Positions 1 to 13,290 of a stretch of 64,000 nt of DNA are shown here, piece after piece (positions within the stretch are counted from its first letter, which is position 1; every line of letters starts with the position of its first letter). Origin of the DNA: Isurus oxyrinchus (lineage: Eukaryota). The stretch spans positions 4,092,001 to 4,156,000 of the forward strand of contig JANJGN010000052.1 in the NCBI GenBank assembly GCA_026770705.1, read 5' to 3'. The notes below the pieces were generated by a model, which ran no database searches, was not told the DNA's origin, and was given only the letters and a program-made list of their open reading frames with translations. The position numbers were made by a program, and so were the translations under genes.

Positions 1-382
1 CTATCTCCACTAATGCTCTCCTTCTCATTCTCTCTCTCATTCACTCTCTCTCCAATCTCCACTAATGCTCTCCTTCTCATTCTCTCTCTCGTCCTCTTAC
101 ACGTTGTTCAGTCTCTCACATTTTTAAGGAGCGCTGAGCTACATCTGCTCCTTCAGAAGATCCACCTCAACACCTGGAGTGAGCAGTGAATTGAAACTCG
201 CTCAACGACTGCTCAGCTTTACACAGGAATCACGTCACAGAGTCAGGACACAAAGGGTTAACTGTTTTCTTTCAACACAACACTAAGGCCCTACGTTTCA
301 ATGAAAGGGTTTTCACAATTGTTCCCCAATTCCTGATTTTGTCTCACAGAGACACATCAACCCTTTCTCATTAAATACACAG

Positions 383-467
383 AGGGAGCAGCACAGGAAG
401 AGGTCATTCAGCCCAAGCAGAGCGTGTGGGCAGTTCCTCCCCAGGCGAGCAGTCGGACAGGTCCTGG
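383..467 (+). CDS. Probable first cytoplasmic exon of an upstream receptor gene (phase 2 to 0; GSSTGRGHSAQAERVGSSSPGEQSDRSW)
   Basis: AG at 381-382, GTAAGT at 468; open frame joins exon 979 in phase 0. A near-identical copy lies at 4043-4127, so it may instead be a duplicated promoter/5'UTR piece. Confidence 0.4.
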
Positions 468-664
468 GTAAGTAACGGAACGATTGGAACTCACTTCCAT
501 GACCAACACCGTCCTTTGTTGATGTTGTGACTTTATAAAGACAGATTCCAATGATTGATGCCTTTGAAAGATTTCTACTGATTATTGAGATCTGGGTGTG
601 AGGCTCAAGTCTGTTGTACAGAACATCTTTCTGGTTAAATTATACAGACAGGTTACACACAGTC

Positions 665-908
665 TACGATTATATTCCCTCGGGCCTAGAAGATTAAGGA
701 GTGATCTAATTGAGGGGTTCAAACTGATTAAACACTCGATAGGGTCGATAGAGAGAAGCTATTCCCTCGGGTGGGGGTGGGTGGTGGGGGTCGGGTGGAG
801 TCCAGAACAAGGGGGCCGGAACTTCAGATTGGAGCCAGGCCGTTCAGGGGTGATGTCAGGAAGCACTTCTTCACACAAAGGGGAGTGGAAATCTGGAACT
901 CTCTCCCC
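665..908 (+). mobile_element. CR1 LINE 3' fragment
   Basis: LYSLGPRRLRSDLIEGFK and KHFFTQRGVEIWNSLP are CR1 ORF2 C-terminal motifs. Confidence 0.8.
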
Positions 909-978
909 AATAATCAAACCCAACACCGAATACACATCATGTTGATTGTCACTCTGTCCATTTCCATCTCTATTACAG

Positions 979-1083
979 AAGAGAGGCGAGGGGAAAGCAG
1001 GAATCAAATCGAACCACCGTGTTGATGAATATCGAGGTCCTGTTTATGAAAACTGTGAGCGTGGTTGGGCTTTGAGGAATCAG
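979..1083 (+). CDS. Cytoplasmic exon of upstream Siglec/CD22-like receptor (KRGEGKAGIKSNHRVDEYRGPVYENCERGWALRNQ)
   Basis: Pyrimidine tract + TACAG acceptor, CAG|GTGAGT donor, 105 nt, phase 0-0, YEN motif. Confidence 0.7.
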
Positions 1084-1216
1084 GTGAGTCACACACCACA
1101 GGATCACCAGCCTCTCAGCTGCTCCAGTAGCCTGGTTATTGATATGGCTGCTCCAGTCCTGTATCTGCAATGTTTTATACAGTCACTCCCAAACCCAACC
1201 AAACTCACACCCAACA

Positions 1217-1738
1217 CCGTTCAGAATCAATAATCAAACCCCGTTCAGTATCAATAATCAAACCCCGTTCAGAATCAATAATCAAACCCCATTCAGTATC
1301 AATAATCAAACCCCGTTCAATATCAATAAGCAAACCCCGTTCAGTATCAATAATCAAACCCCGATCAGTATCAATAAACAAACCCCATTCTGTATCAATA
1401 ATCAAACCCCGTTCAGAATCAATAATCAAACCCCGTTCAGTATCAATAATCAAACCCCGTTCAGAATCAATAATCAAATCCCGTTCAGAATCAATAATCA
1501 AACCCCGTTCAGAATCAATAATCAAACCCCGTTCAGTATCAATAATCAAACCCCGTTCAGTATCAATAATCAAACCCCGTTCAGAATCAATAATCAAACC
1601 CCGTTCAGTATCAATAATCAAACCCCGTTCAGAATCAATAATCAAATCCCGTTCAGAATCAATAATCAAACCCCGTTCAGAATCAATAATCAAACCCCGT
1701 TCAGTATCAATAATCAAACCCTGTTCAGTATCAATAAT
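1217..1738. repeat. 24-bp tandem repeat (ccccgttcag[a/t]atcaataatcaaa), about 21 copies
   Basis: Directly visible; explains the 8-aa-periodic ORFs. Confidence 0.97.
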
Positions 1739-1836
1739 TAATGTATCCATTGTGGGTGGAATTTTCGATTTGGATCAATAATTCTAAACACTGATCACTC
1801 TGATTGTCACTCTGATCATTTCTGTTTCTATTACAG

Positions 1837-1953
1837 AAGAAAGATGAGAAGGATCTGGAAATGAAATCTAACCGCGGAGTCAATCCTGATACAGATGATG
1901 ATCTTTACGCAAACTGTGAATTTGCCAAGGATTCTGTTTATGGGAATTTATAA
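1837..1953 (+). CDS. Terminal cytoplasmic exon (KKDEKDLEMKSNRGVNPDTDDDLYANCEFAKDSVYGNL*)
   Basis: TACAG acceptor, open to TAA at 1951-1953, LYANC and ITIM-like SVYGNL; AATAAA at 2727-2732. Confidence 0.72.
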   Translation, partial: KKDEKDLEMKSNRGVNPDTDDDLYANCEFAKDSVYGNL

Positions 1954-3007
1954 ACTGAGCAAGAATGAGACACACACAGTGTAGGGAGAATACAGAACGG
2001 GAGAATCATTCAAAACTCTAACTTACCTTCCTAATATCCACAGGAACTCACTCCCAGGAAATAGATTTAAACCTCTTGTTACAATCTGATGGAATTTCTT
2101 CGGAATGATCTATCCAGGATGATTGTCTGTGGGTTTCAATTCGAACATCCTCCTTCAGAATTGTCCCTCCCTGTTGGAAACATCCTTCTCTCCATTCTGA
2201 TTGTAAATGTCTTTAGATATCGTTCGATGATGTACCAGGACAGAACGGACAAATTCAATCCCGTGTCCATGATTATGAGTTAATTTTCATTCTGTTATTC
2301 ACCTTCCTGTCAGTCAGTGTTTACAGAATATTCATCAGCCAGTGTAGACTTCAGGAAATGCAGGATCGGTGGATAATTGGAGCAGAGGAGATAGGCAAAA
2401 TTTACTCAGCATTTTGTAATCAAATGTATTTTTAGATATATATTTGGATTTTACACTTCATCGTTAAACAGCAAAACTAACAGCAATCTGGGAAACAGGG
2501 AAACAATTTGTTTGGAGATTTGAGAAATTCTCTGCAGCTCAGAGGAGAACAGATGTGCTACAGTGCCACCACTGGTGGGAGGACATCATTTCAGCGTGAC
2601 ATGTTTACATTGATGTTGCCAGTGAACATAGGAAATTATGATGTGAAAAATTGGTTGCAGGTTTACCTTCTTCAGAAGTTCATGGATGGATGAGACAGCT
2701 TTGATAACAGAATGAGATATAGCTGCAATAAACCTCAATTTTAGTCTTTCACACTTGGAGAGTACAATTAGCATCCATTCTGAAGGCTGAGTGGATGGGT
2801 GGACTGTGCGATGTGTTTCAGATCACAGAGACCAACATCCTTGATCCTGGTTCTGCTCTATGTTTGATGACATTCTTGGATAAAAGATTGGGAAAATAAA
2901 TAATCCTCCTGCATTGATCTGTAACTGGTCTCTCCATCTGTCAATGTCCTGAGGAGAGAATTGGGTTTGAGGTCCAAAATCAGATGCATACTTTGACTGC
3001 CCATTGA

Positions 3008-3912
3008 ATAGGAACAGGAGGAGGCCATTCAGCCCCCTCGAACCTGCTACACAGGAACAAGAGAGCACCTGAAATAAAAACAGAAAATGCTGGAGAAACT
3101 GAGTAGTTCTGGCAGCATCTGAGGAGAGATAAACAGAATTAACATTTCGAGTCCGTATGACCCTTCTTCAGAGTCTATATGCAAAAACTCTGTTTCTCTC
3201 TCCACAGCTGCTGCCAGACCTGCTGAGTTAAGGCAACATTTTTCATTTTTATTGAAGATTTACAACATCTGCAGTATTTATTTTTAATGAGAGGAGGACA
3301 TTCAGCCCCGCGACCCTGTTACACAGGAACAGGAGGAGGCCATTCAGCCCCCTCGAGCCTGTTACACAGGAACAGGAGGAGGCCATTCAGCCCCATGAGC
3401 CTGTTATACAGGAAAAGGAGGAGGCCTTTCAGCCCCTCAAGCCTGTTACACAGGAACAGGAGGAAGCCCATTCAGCACCTCGAGCCTGTTACACAGCAAC
3501 AGGAGGAGGCCCATTCAGACCTTCAAGCCTCTAACACCAGAACGGAATGAGGTCATTTCAGCCCCATGAGCTTGATGAACAGGAACAGGAGGAGGTCCAT
3601 TAAGCCCCTCAAGTCAGTTACATAGGAACAGGAGAAGTCTCATTCAGCCACACGAGCATCTTATATAAGAACATGAGGGGGCCCAAACAGACCCTCAAGC
3701 CTGTTACACAAGAAGCGGAGGAGGAGGTTCATTCAGTCCCTCGAGGCAGTTTTACAGGAACAGGAGGAGGCCCATTCAGCCACACAAGCCTCTTACACAG
3801 GAACAGGAGGAGGTCCATTCAGCCCCTCAAGCCTGTTACACAGGAACACGAGGAGGCCCGTTCAACCACCTCGAGCTTAAAGCATGTGAACAGTCGATGG
3901 CCCTTCAGCCAC
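3008..3912. repeat. About 42-bp tandem repeat (acacaggaacaggaggaggccattcagcccctcgagcctgtt), interrupted by a Penelope-type fold-back at about 3070-3285
   Basis: Directly visible; same unit at 42590-42833; resembles the CR1 3' tail (compare 48775-48815). Confidence 0.9.
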
Positions 3913-3983
3913 ATTCTTGGCACACAAAGGGTTAACAGTTTTCTAACTGTGCGAGGCAAAGAGTTGCTTTCTAACTTGGGACT

Positions 3984-4127
3984 AACCACTTCCTCATTTT
4001 GTCTCACAGTGACACATCCACCCTTTCTATTTAAACACACAGAGGGAGCAGCACAGGAAGAGGTCATTCAGCCCAAGCAGAGCGTGTGGGCAGTTCCTCC
4101 CCAGGCGAGCAGTCGGCCAGGTCCTGG
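3984..4127 (+). promoter_or_regulatory. Candidate promoter / 5'UTR exon of Siglec gene A
   Basis: Overlapping AACCAC (RUNX-type) and ACTTCCTC (PU.1/ETS-type) at 3984-3995, TATTTAAA at 4028-4035, GTAAGT donor at 4128, about 450 bp upstream of the ATG. Confidence 0.45.
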
Positions 4128-4577
4128 GTAAGTAACGGAACGATTGGAATTCACTTCCACGACCAACACCATCCTTTATTGATGTTGTGACTTTATAAAG
4201 ACAGATTCCAATGATTGATGCCTTTGAAAGATTTCTACTGATCATTGAGATCAGGGTGTGAGGCTCAGTTCTGTTGTACAGAATATCTTTCTAGCTCAAA
4301 GGATGAGGGAATATCAGGGGTATGAGCTTTGGGACATCCTGAGGTGGTGAAAGGTGCTATAGAAATGCAAGTCCTTCATTGATTTATTTTTTTAAAGCTT
4401 TTTCACTCTCTGCAGAGCACCTATCATCCCACAGAGAACCAAATTAGTCTGTGAAGACATTGTCTAAAAGCAGTTCTGATCTCTCGAGAGCTGTCGGACA
4501 AGAGGTGAGGTCTCATTAACTCCTTTCTCTTTCAGAGTTTAAGAGTCAGAAGCTAAAGGAATATCTGGGAGTGGACA

Positions 4578-4617
4578 ATGATCGGGAAATCTTACTTCCT
4601 CCTGTCACTTCTCCAAG
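4578..4617 (+). CDS. Siglec gene A leader exon (MIGKSYFLLSLLQ, phase 1)
   Basis: Acceptor at 4534-4535, ACAATG, hydrophobic stretch, CAAG|GTAATA donor; joins V exon to give ...LLQVGLSQ/EW. Confidence 0.8.
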
Positions 4618-5599
4618 GTAATATCATCGTCAGCTTGGACAGACTTATGGCTAATAGTCTTTGTAAAAGAACATTCTTACTGAGCTCTGATAGGGAACTG
4701 ATTCAGCAGTGAGCCAGTGTACAAACTCACACCAAGTCCCATTCACCCATCACCCCTGTGCTCACTGATATACACTGACTCCCTGTCTGACAGCAGAACT
4801 GCAGGACAGCAGAGACCTCAAAGGGTTTCAGGGCTGGAGGAGGTGACAGTGATAGGGATTAGAGAGGGAGGATGGAGGGATAAGGAATCAATGAAGAGAT
4901 TTTGAAAATTGAGTCATTGCTGGACTGGGAGCCAGCGTAGGTCAGCGAGTGACAGGGGAGCAATCGGCTGAATAGAGAAGCAGGGATAAAAACTGGGGGA
5001 TGAAGTCTATCCTGATGCAAGCACTCCGATATCAATGCCCTGAAATTTTTCTCTCTTGCTGATTTTCATCAGAACTTCCCATGAAGACAACACAGAAGCT
5101 CTTAGATTAGACAGGCTGTTCAGCGTCACACTTCCTGTCCCTTCTCACCATGCTAGATACTTCAATAAGGGAGCAAGATAACTGATAGAGAGAAGGGAGG
5201 CAAAGCTGTCTGTGTGTAAAACTGTCAAATATTCCGAGTTATCATGATTGTTTCTGATCTGCTGCAGAGTTTATATTTCATTGAAACTTATCACTTTGCA
5301 GTTCAGAGAGAGACCATTGACTCACTGCCTGAAAGGCCGGTGGAAGCAGATTCAACAGGAACTTTCAGAAGGGGAACTGGATAAATACTTGAAGGGGACA
5401 TTTTGCAGGGCTGTGGGGGAGAGAGCAGAGGTGAGAGTGGGACGAATTGGACAGATCTTTCAAAGGCGCAGCACAGGCTCGATGGGCCAAATGGCTTCCT
5501 TCAGTTCTGGATCATTCTACAATCCGATAAATTAAATCTCTTATCAGTAACTCTTCAGGCTCCTGCTGCAGGAATGGATCTTTCAGAAGGGCAGGGAAC

Positions 5600-8500
5600 A
5601 AGCGGTTTCTCATATCATGTTCATATTTATTGACAATTACATAAGTGTATGGAACTGTTGAATATTTGACTCTCTAAAGTGTGGATTTAACCTTCTGGTC
5701 CACCCAGATCTTGTGCTGGTTACCTTGTCTGGAGGTGTCTTTAACTGCTCACAGTGATCTGTGGGATTGTCACCCTTGGATGTTGTTCCTGATTTCATGT
5801 GGGATCTTCTCCTCGATGAAATAGGAGCGGGAATGGATCTGATTTATCCTCGGTTCCACCTCACCGCTGTGCCCTTGTGTGTTTGACTCCATAGGCCCTT
5901 GGTTCTGAACAAATCCTTGTCACCTCGGCTGGTGGTCATGAACCTTCTGTGGGATCCTGGATGTGAACTTGTCCCAACTGTAAACTTGGCAACTCTGCAC
6001 CTCCATTTTTATCATGAACATTCCTTATCTTCTCTTGTAGTTTTAAAAGTTGCCCTCTGGTTTCTGAGAGAGTAGAATGGGTAAGAGTAGCGAAATTGGT
6101 CACTACTGGCCCACCAAACATGTTCTCTGTCAGTGATGGAATAAGGTGAGGTGATGGTGTAGTGGTATTGTTGCTAGATGAGTAATTCAGACACCCAGGG
6201 TAATGTCCTGAGAATATGGGTTCAAATCCGACCATAATAGATGATGAAATTTGAATTTAATAAAAAGATGAAATTCAAAGTCTAGTGATGACCACAAAAC
6301 CATTGTTGGAAATCCCACCTGGTTCACCAGTGCCATTTAGGGAACAAAATTGTCTGGCGGACATGTGACTCCAGACTCCACGTCAATGTGGTTGACTCTT
6401 ACATTAGGGATGGGTAATAAATCCTGGCCTGACCAGTGACTCCCACATCCCATGAATGAATTTAACAAAGTTGCAGTTGTAGGTGTCGATCTCAGATGTA
6501 ACATTGCAATGTGTGGATCTTGCTTGGTCTGTCTACATTTGAGAATTAGGGATTTCACTGTGTGAATCATTCATTCAGCTAGGCTGTTAGATCTGGGGTA
6601 ATGAGGAGAAGAAGTAGTGTGATTGATATTCCAGATTATCTGTAATCATGAACCTAGGTTCACCAAATAAACTGAAAATAGTGCTCAGAGTGTGTGCACC
6701 AGTTGTGCTCGGTGTGTTGTGCTATTTTTGAATAATGGGATATCTGGTAAAGCTGTCGACGATGACGATGAAGTCAGTGACATGGACATGAAAGGATTCA
6801 GATGTGATTTTGGACTAAGAATAGGCAGGAATTTCCTGTGGAATCAATGTTTCTTTGTGTTGACTTGGCTCATCCTCTTGACAAGCCTCGTACTTCCCTA
6901 CAACAACTTCAAGGTCATTGTTCATACCCGGCCAGGGACTGTATCTCTTGTGAGTCTCCTTGTGTGATCTGTGCCCATGTGTGAGGGATGAAGTTGTTGA
7001 AGAATATAGGATCACAAATGTGCCGGTATGATGCCCTGCCTGCCATTAAAAATGACTCCCTGGGAGATGCCTCGCTTATCTCGATGAGGTCAAGTTGAAT
7101 CAGGCCACCCTTTCAATGATATTTCCACAGTTCCTGCAGAATTTTTCACTGTTCCCTCTTGTAGCTGCTGGCATTTCTGTTGTGCTAAATGTACTGGATC
7201 AATTGACAGACTTGCATTCTCCTGCAGGTGTAATGTAGCAGCTCCCTTGAAACTGACAATACTGTTGAAACTTTCTGCATATTTCAATGTTATGTCCATG
7301 AACTGAGTTGATGGGGTAGTTTCTGCATTTGACCCATGTGAAGTCTGACAGATTCCATGCATTGTCACTAGTGTGAGGTCACTGCATGCCGGTAGACTTG
7401 CAATTGCTCAGCCTTTAGTCTCCACGATGTAGAACATCTGTGACACCCAGGAGGATTGATTGTATTTGCACCCCAGGACTATGGATTCTGCACATGGAGT
7501 TGAAGTGTTGTACACAGCAGTAGGTTTCCCCATGGCCTCCCATGTCCTTGGATACATGTCTTTGAAAATTTGCTGGGGTGGGCTGTGGGAGGGGAATGTT
7601 GGCACTTGCCCCTGTGTCAATCTTGGTCAATAAAGGGGAGGTTGCAACTTTCTCAGGGCAGAAAATTGGAATCTTGGCCAATAGTGCAGGTGATGTGACA
7701 GCATCTGTTCTCCGTGAGATTGATGGTGTAAAAGGTTTGAAATTGTTCAACAATTGTACAATACGTTGAGCACAACTGTTGCACAAACTCTAGGTTGGGG
7801 TTTTCCGGCACAGTCATGATGGGACCTGCCGTGGGAGATTGGACAAACATTGGCTTTCGGCTGGACCGGACAATCCTGGCAGTGGGTGGGGCCAGAAAAT
7901 CCCACCCCTATGGGACATTTTCAGTTTATTTGATGTGCCCAGAGAGATCTTTAAAGACAACAATCCACAATTTATTGGCAAGCCACGCCAGGATATGTGT
8001 GAGAGGTGGAATATCGATCAGCGCTCCTCGTCTCACCGTGTACATCATCGCCATTTCCTGGTTTGTCAGTCACCACATGTATATGTTCCTGATGGAATAG
8101 CGGATGGTCATTCTTATTGCTTGAAGGTTCCCCGTTGTGTAGGGTCTGTTTGGATCAGTGCACGGCTCTTTGTAGCTGCATGAGCCTTTGCTCTAGTGCC
8201 CTGCCGCTGTCAATGGCCCTTTCTGCCACAAGCCTTGCAGGATTGGTGGAAAGCTGGGCATTTCCTTGGTGCCTGCAGAAGGCCACACCTTCCACATGTC
8301 TCACTAGGTTTGGATGTTCTAGTCAGTGTGTCAACAATTGATGTTGTACTGAGGACCTGTAAGCTTCGTTGACCTGCGAGGATCACTTCGTATTTATGTC
8401 GATCCTTGAGTAGCTCTTCAATGCTATAGGTTTTGGTCTTATCTAGCAGATCTCACCACGAGGGATCCGTTTGCTCCCCAGCTCTTTACTTGAGCTCTTT

Positions 8501-8905
8501 CCCGTCACTGTGTCTTCAAAGGTTTCCTGAGCAGTCAGTACACTGCGATTTCAACCCTCTCTGATGCTGTGTCTCTGTTATGGTCTGACCAAAGCGTTGA
8601 GGGTCGTCTCATGTCATGTAGCTCGATCTCAGGCTGTTCACCACGTCATACCTGTACTGAATCTTGCTGCCAGAATGTTTGGCCACCGCTGATCACCATG
8701 TTGTGTTTTTATAATGATATAAAGGCACCAGCCACTGATACGGAATTAGGTAAATACATTGTGGATTCATTTATTTAGAATAGTGACATGAGAACAGATA
8801 CACAAGGATAGAAACTGGGAGACACCTGCAGCCAAACTGTGTGAGCTGTGTTCTGCTCACAGGCCAAAGTGAAACTTGGACTGGATGGTGTTATCATCCC
8901 AGCTG
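5600..8905 (-). mobile_element. Decayed Ty3/Gypsy LTR retrotransposon in intron of gene A, with nested SINE at about 6150-6460
   Basis: Protease KIDTGASANI (7415-7786 -), integrase WPGMNNDLEVVVGKYEACQ and KQDPHIAMLHLRSTP; PBS-like ACA|TGGTGATC at about 8692-8702. Confidence 0.8.
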
Positions 8906-8906
8906 A

Positions 8907-10118
8907 TGTTACTACTGGGCAAGTCAGATCCCAGGGTGGAGCTCAGCTTGATAGGTCCTAACTTTTATTTTTTATTTTGGAATGTGGAGTGCGGCTACTG
9001 AACAGAGTCACAGGAGTCATCTGATGAACGTCTAACAAAAGAATAAAACATTTATTAAACTAGGAAAGACAAACTATATGACATTACTCCTTCACCCAGA
9101 CCTATACCTTTACAGATACATAAGTAGAACACAAATTACGATAACTATCTTATATTCTCATGTTCACACTAAGTACACAGTCCGTGTAAACCAATAGACG
9201 ACCTGTGGTCAGGGACACAACATTCTGAAAGCAAGTGGCAGAGCCCACTTGAAACAACTTCTATGTCTCATCTGTCCCCAGACGCTTGTTACACTGTGAG
9301 CCAAACAGTCTCACTGAAAAGCTTCTTTCATATGAGAGTTTCCAATCTCCACTCTCCAAGAACTCTCTTTGGAATCTCCTCCAACATGACACTTTCACTC
9401 AGACACCTTCCACAAGGGTCCACTTTCACTATTTCAAACTCTCCTTCCCATGTTCCTGCCCCCTGGATCGCCACGTGCATTCAGCCTTCCTTCCACGCCC
9501 TGTCTCTCCAATGCTCAGCCGTGTCAATGGAACACCATGGCTTCACATGGCCGTAGTAATGAGTCACCAACCTGTGGTGTCTCCCAGGATCTTCTGGCTT
9601 CTCGCAAGCCTATTTTGCTTTAGGCCTGTGTCCTGCTGCTTTCTCCCTTTATGCTTGAAGCCTTCTTCTGCTCCTCACTCTTAACTTCACTTAACAGGGC
9701 CTTTTCCAGATTTGACTAGAAGGTTTTCTTGGGCCCTTTCTCCTGTTCCACTCGATGGTTTTGGCTTCTCCTTTACTTTGGGACTGACTATCTGTCCCGC
9801 TCCTTTGCTGCTTCTCCTGGCAACTCCTTTCAACAGAACTGAAAGTACTTTTCTGTTTTTCTCTGTCTCTGTGGGTCCTTCCCTCTGGATCACTGTTGCT
9901 AGGCAACAGCACAGTTTCTTACACCTTGTATTTGTTTTGACTTCCCTTCAACAGTCATAAAACCTCAATGGAATGCTGGCTTCTTTTAAAGTCAAATTCT
10001 ATCTTTTCAAAACACCTAAACACAAAAATACAAACTAAACTTGAACTTAAAGATAGACCTTATGCCTAACACACAAATAGACACATAGAACTGACTTAAG
10101 CCATCCGCCGTTCCTATA
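8907..10118. mobile_element. LTR-like element nested in the Gypsy LTR
   Basis: Starts TGTTA, non-coding; ends approximate. Confidence 0.4.
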
Positions 10119-10184
10119 GATCACATGACACACTTCCCCTCGAGTGATGTCATGCTGCTGTCCCTGAAAGGCATATTACAATAG

Positions 10185-10690
10185 TGTTATCACTTGGCAG
10201 GTGATGTGTGCCAGGCAGACCAAGTCCATGAGAGAAAGGTGGTCACACTATCATAATGATTTTGCAATTTGTATTTATTATGAGATGTGTGCACTGAATT
10301 CAGAAGCAATAAGTCCACCAAGAAAATTAGAGAATTAAAAAATAAATTAAAATATTTGTCATCAAAATAAAAGATTTCAAGCACATACATAAGACTACAA
10401 TGACTGTTATAATAACTCCTCGAATTCCTAATTAACCTGATCCCCAGTTACACTCATTTTAAAGCAACAGACCAAAAATAGATGTAAGATTTAAAACAAA
10501 CTCAGCAAGTTAACCCAATGCCCTGGACAGTGGAATTCCAAATGGATTTTCCCCAACTTCAGTTCTGTTGGATAGCAGGCTTGTGCACAAACAGGGTCCT
10601 GAGGACCATGAGCCAATGTAGAATGAACTAGTCCACTCCTGTGTCCAGGATTCTCTTCCATCCGTTGTGAAACCTTGGGGAGTTCCATGT
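10185..10690 (-). mobile_element. Partial LTR, inverted relative of 29757-30717
   Basis: ttttgcaatttgtatttattatgagatgtgtgcactgaattcag is the reverse complement of about 30600-30642. Confidence 0.65.
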
Positions 10691-10807
10691 GTGTCCTGTA
10701 GATGGTCCACACTGCAGCCACTGTGCCCCAGTGATGGAGGGAGTGGATATCGAGTCTAGTGGATCTACAAATTATCCAGATTTAAATATTGATATTTCTC
10801 TCCCCAG

Positions 10808-11176
10808 TTGGACTGTCACAAGAATGGGAAAGTAACACTCCACGAGAGGTGACAGCGCAGGAAGGTTCATGTGTACAGATTCCATGTCATTACAATTACC
10901 CATCACATTTGTTAGAGAAAACACGTGTCGGAATCTGGAATATGAGGAGGGACAAATGGAATACATTGTCTACAGCCTTTCACTCCAAGGATCACAGTCA
11001 CGAGTTACCACGGTTCCACCATCGGACCCGGCTGTCTGGAGACCTGAAAGATGGTGACTGTTCCCTGATTATAAACAACATCAGACGGGGAGATGCAGGA
11101 TTTTTTTTTTTCAGAATAGAATTTGACAATGGTCGGAGCCACAACTATTATCCTGTAACCCAGCTTCACGTTTCTG
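10808..11176 (+). CDS. Siglec gene A V-set exon V1
   Basis: 369 nt, phase 1-1, CCCCAG/GTAAGT; Siglec hallmarks W near the N-terminus, GSCVQIPC, GDLKDGDCSL and FFFRIE with the essential Arg. Confidence 0.93.
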
Positions 11177-11527
11177 GTAAGTGCTATGTTATAATTACTC
11201 AACAATTCACATTCAACACTCAATGGGAAATAACACAAACTGTGATGTTTACATATTAACACAAAACACAGCTTATTTTAACACATTGTCTGATTCTCAA
11301 TAACCTGGTGATGGCTTCCAGTTCAGTCCTAAAGCAACGTCTAATACTCACTTTAATATCAATGATGATGAACATTAACTGTATTATCAGGTTACCACTC
11401 CCATCAATCTCTCCTGTCCTGTTTAAAAGTCTGACGTATCGATAAAAGAAAGATGTGCATTTCTGCAGCGCAATTTACCACCTCCCTATTACAGTAATCT
11501 CCTCCTTTATCTTCATCCACGGCAACA

Positions 11528-12480
11528 TTCCCTATCTCAGGAGCCTCCTCCAGTCCCTACAACCCTCTCTATCTCAGGAGCCTCCTCCAGTCCCTACAAC
11601 CCTCCCTATCTCAGGAGCCTCCTCCAGTCCCTACAACCCTCCCTATCTCAGGAGACTCCTCCAGTCCCTACAACCCTCCTATCTCAGTACTCTCTTCCAA
11701 TCCCGAAAACCATTCCTATCACTGCAAACTCCTCCGGACCCAACACCCCTCCCTATCTCTTTAACCTCCTCAAGCCCCAATAACCCTCGCGATATTTGTT
11801 GCCTCCTCCAGTCCTAACAACCTCCCCTATCTCTGCAACCTCCTCCAGACCGAATACCTCTCCCTATCTCTGTAAGCTGGTCCATCTCTTACAACCCTTC
11901 ATATTTCTGTAACCTCCTCCAGCCCACTACAACCCTCCCTATCTCTGTAACCTCCTCCAGTCCCTAAGAGTTTCCTTTATCTCTGTAACCTCCTCCAGCC
12001 ATTATAACCCTCCCTATCTCTGTAGCCTCCCTCAGCCCCAGCCACACTCCATATCTATGTAACCTCGTCCTGCCCTTACAACCCTCCCTATCTCTGTAAC
12101 CCCATCCTGCCCCAAAAACTCCCCCATCTCTGTAAACTCCTCCAGTCCCTGCAACCTTCCCTACCTCTGAAACCTCCACCAGCCTTTCCAAGCCTCCCTA
12201 CCTCTGCAATCCGTCCAGCCCCTACAACTCTTCCTATCCCTGTAAACTCCTCCAGACCCTAAAACCCTCTCTGCCCTTGCAGCCTCCTCCAGTCCCTACA
12301 CGCTCCCCATCTCCATAAACTCCTCAAATCCCTACAGCCCTCCCTATCTCTGCAACCTCCTCCAGGTCCTACCACCCTCCCTCTCTGCGTAACCTCCTCC
12401 AGTATCTACAGCCCTCCCTATCTCTGTTACCTCCTACAGCCCCCACAAACCTCCCTATCAGTGTAACCTCCTCCAGCCCC
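11528..12480. repeat. 37-bp minisatellite (ccctccctatctctgtaacctcctccagcccctacaa), degenerate
   Basis: Directly visible. Confidence 0.92.
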
Positions 12481-12555
12481 TGATGGAAGGTGGGTCGAGC
12501 GGGTCAGTCACTTGCATGTTTATTCTGCAGCTTTAATATTTTAAGATGGTAAGAA

Positions 12556-13290
12556 TGTAGGAACATAAGAAATAGGGACAGGAGCAGGCCATTCGGCCCC
12601 TCAAGCCTGCTCTCACTGATCTGGTTGTGGCCTTAACTCCATTCTCCTGCCTGTCCCCCAAACCCTTGACTCCCTTGTCGATCAAAAACCTGCCTCACTC
12701 AGCCTTGAGTCTATTCAATGGCCCAGCCTCCACTGCTCTCTGGGGAAGAGAATTCCACAGGCTAGCGCCCCTCTGAGAGAGGAAATTCCTCCTCATCTCA
12801 GTCTTAAATGGGAGAGGCCTCATTCCGAAACTGTGCTCCCTGGTTCTAGATTCCCCCACGAGGGGGAAACATCCTCCCAGCATCCACCCTGTCAAGCCCC
12901 CTCGGAATCGGATATGTTTCAATAAGGTCACCCCTCATTCTTCTAAACTCCAATGGATACAGGCCCAACCTGCTCAACATTTCCTCACAGGACAAACCCT
13001 TTAATCCCAGGAATCAGCCCAGTGAAGCTTCTCTGAACTGCCTGTACACAATGATCCTGTTACAATCTCACTAACGCCCTGTGCAGCTGTTGCAAGACTT
13101 CCCTCCTTTTATACTCCATCCCTTTGCAATAAAGGCCAACATTCCACTTGCCTTCCTCATTCCGTGGTGTTCCTGAATGCTGACTTTCTGTGATTCATGT
13201 ACAAGGACACCCAGATCCCTCTGTACTGCATTCTGCATCCTGTCTCCATTTAAATAATATCCTGTTTTTCTATTCTTCCTGCCAAAATAA
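12556..13290 (-). mobile_element. CR1 LINE 3' fragment
   Basis: VQRDLGVLVHESQK and FKTEMRRNFLSQR...LWNSLPQRAVEA; duplicated at 48760-49490. Confidence 0.88.

Noticed and set aside
1139-1781. ORFs of about 200 aa with 8-aa periodicity, and a CRISPR-like look
   Set aside because: Contiguous 24-bp tandem repeat with no unique spacers, open in several frames, inside a vertebrate intron
4416-4504. Extra 5'UTR exon of gene A
   Set aside because: The following intron would be only 31 nt
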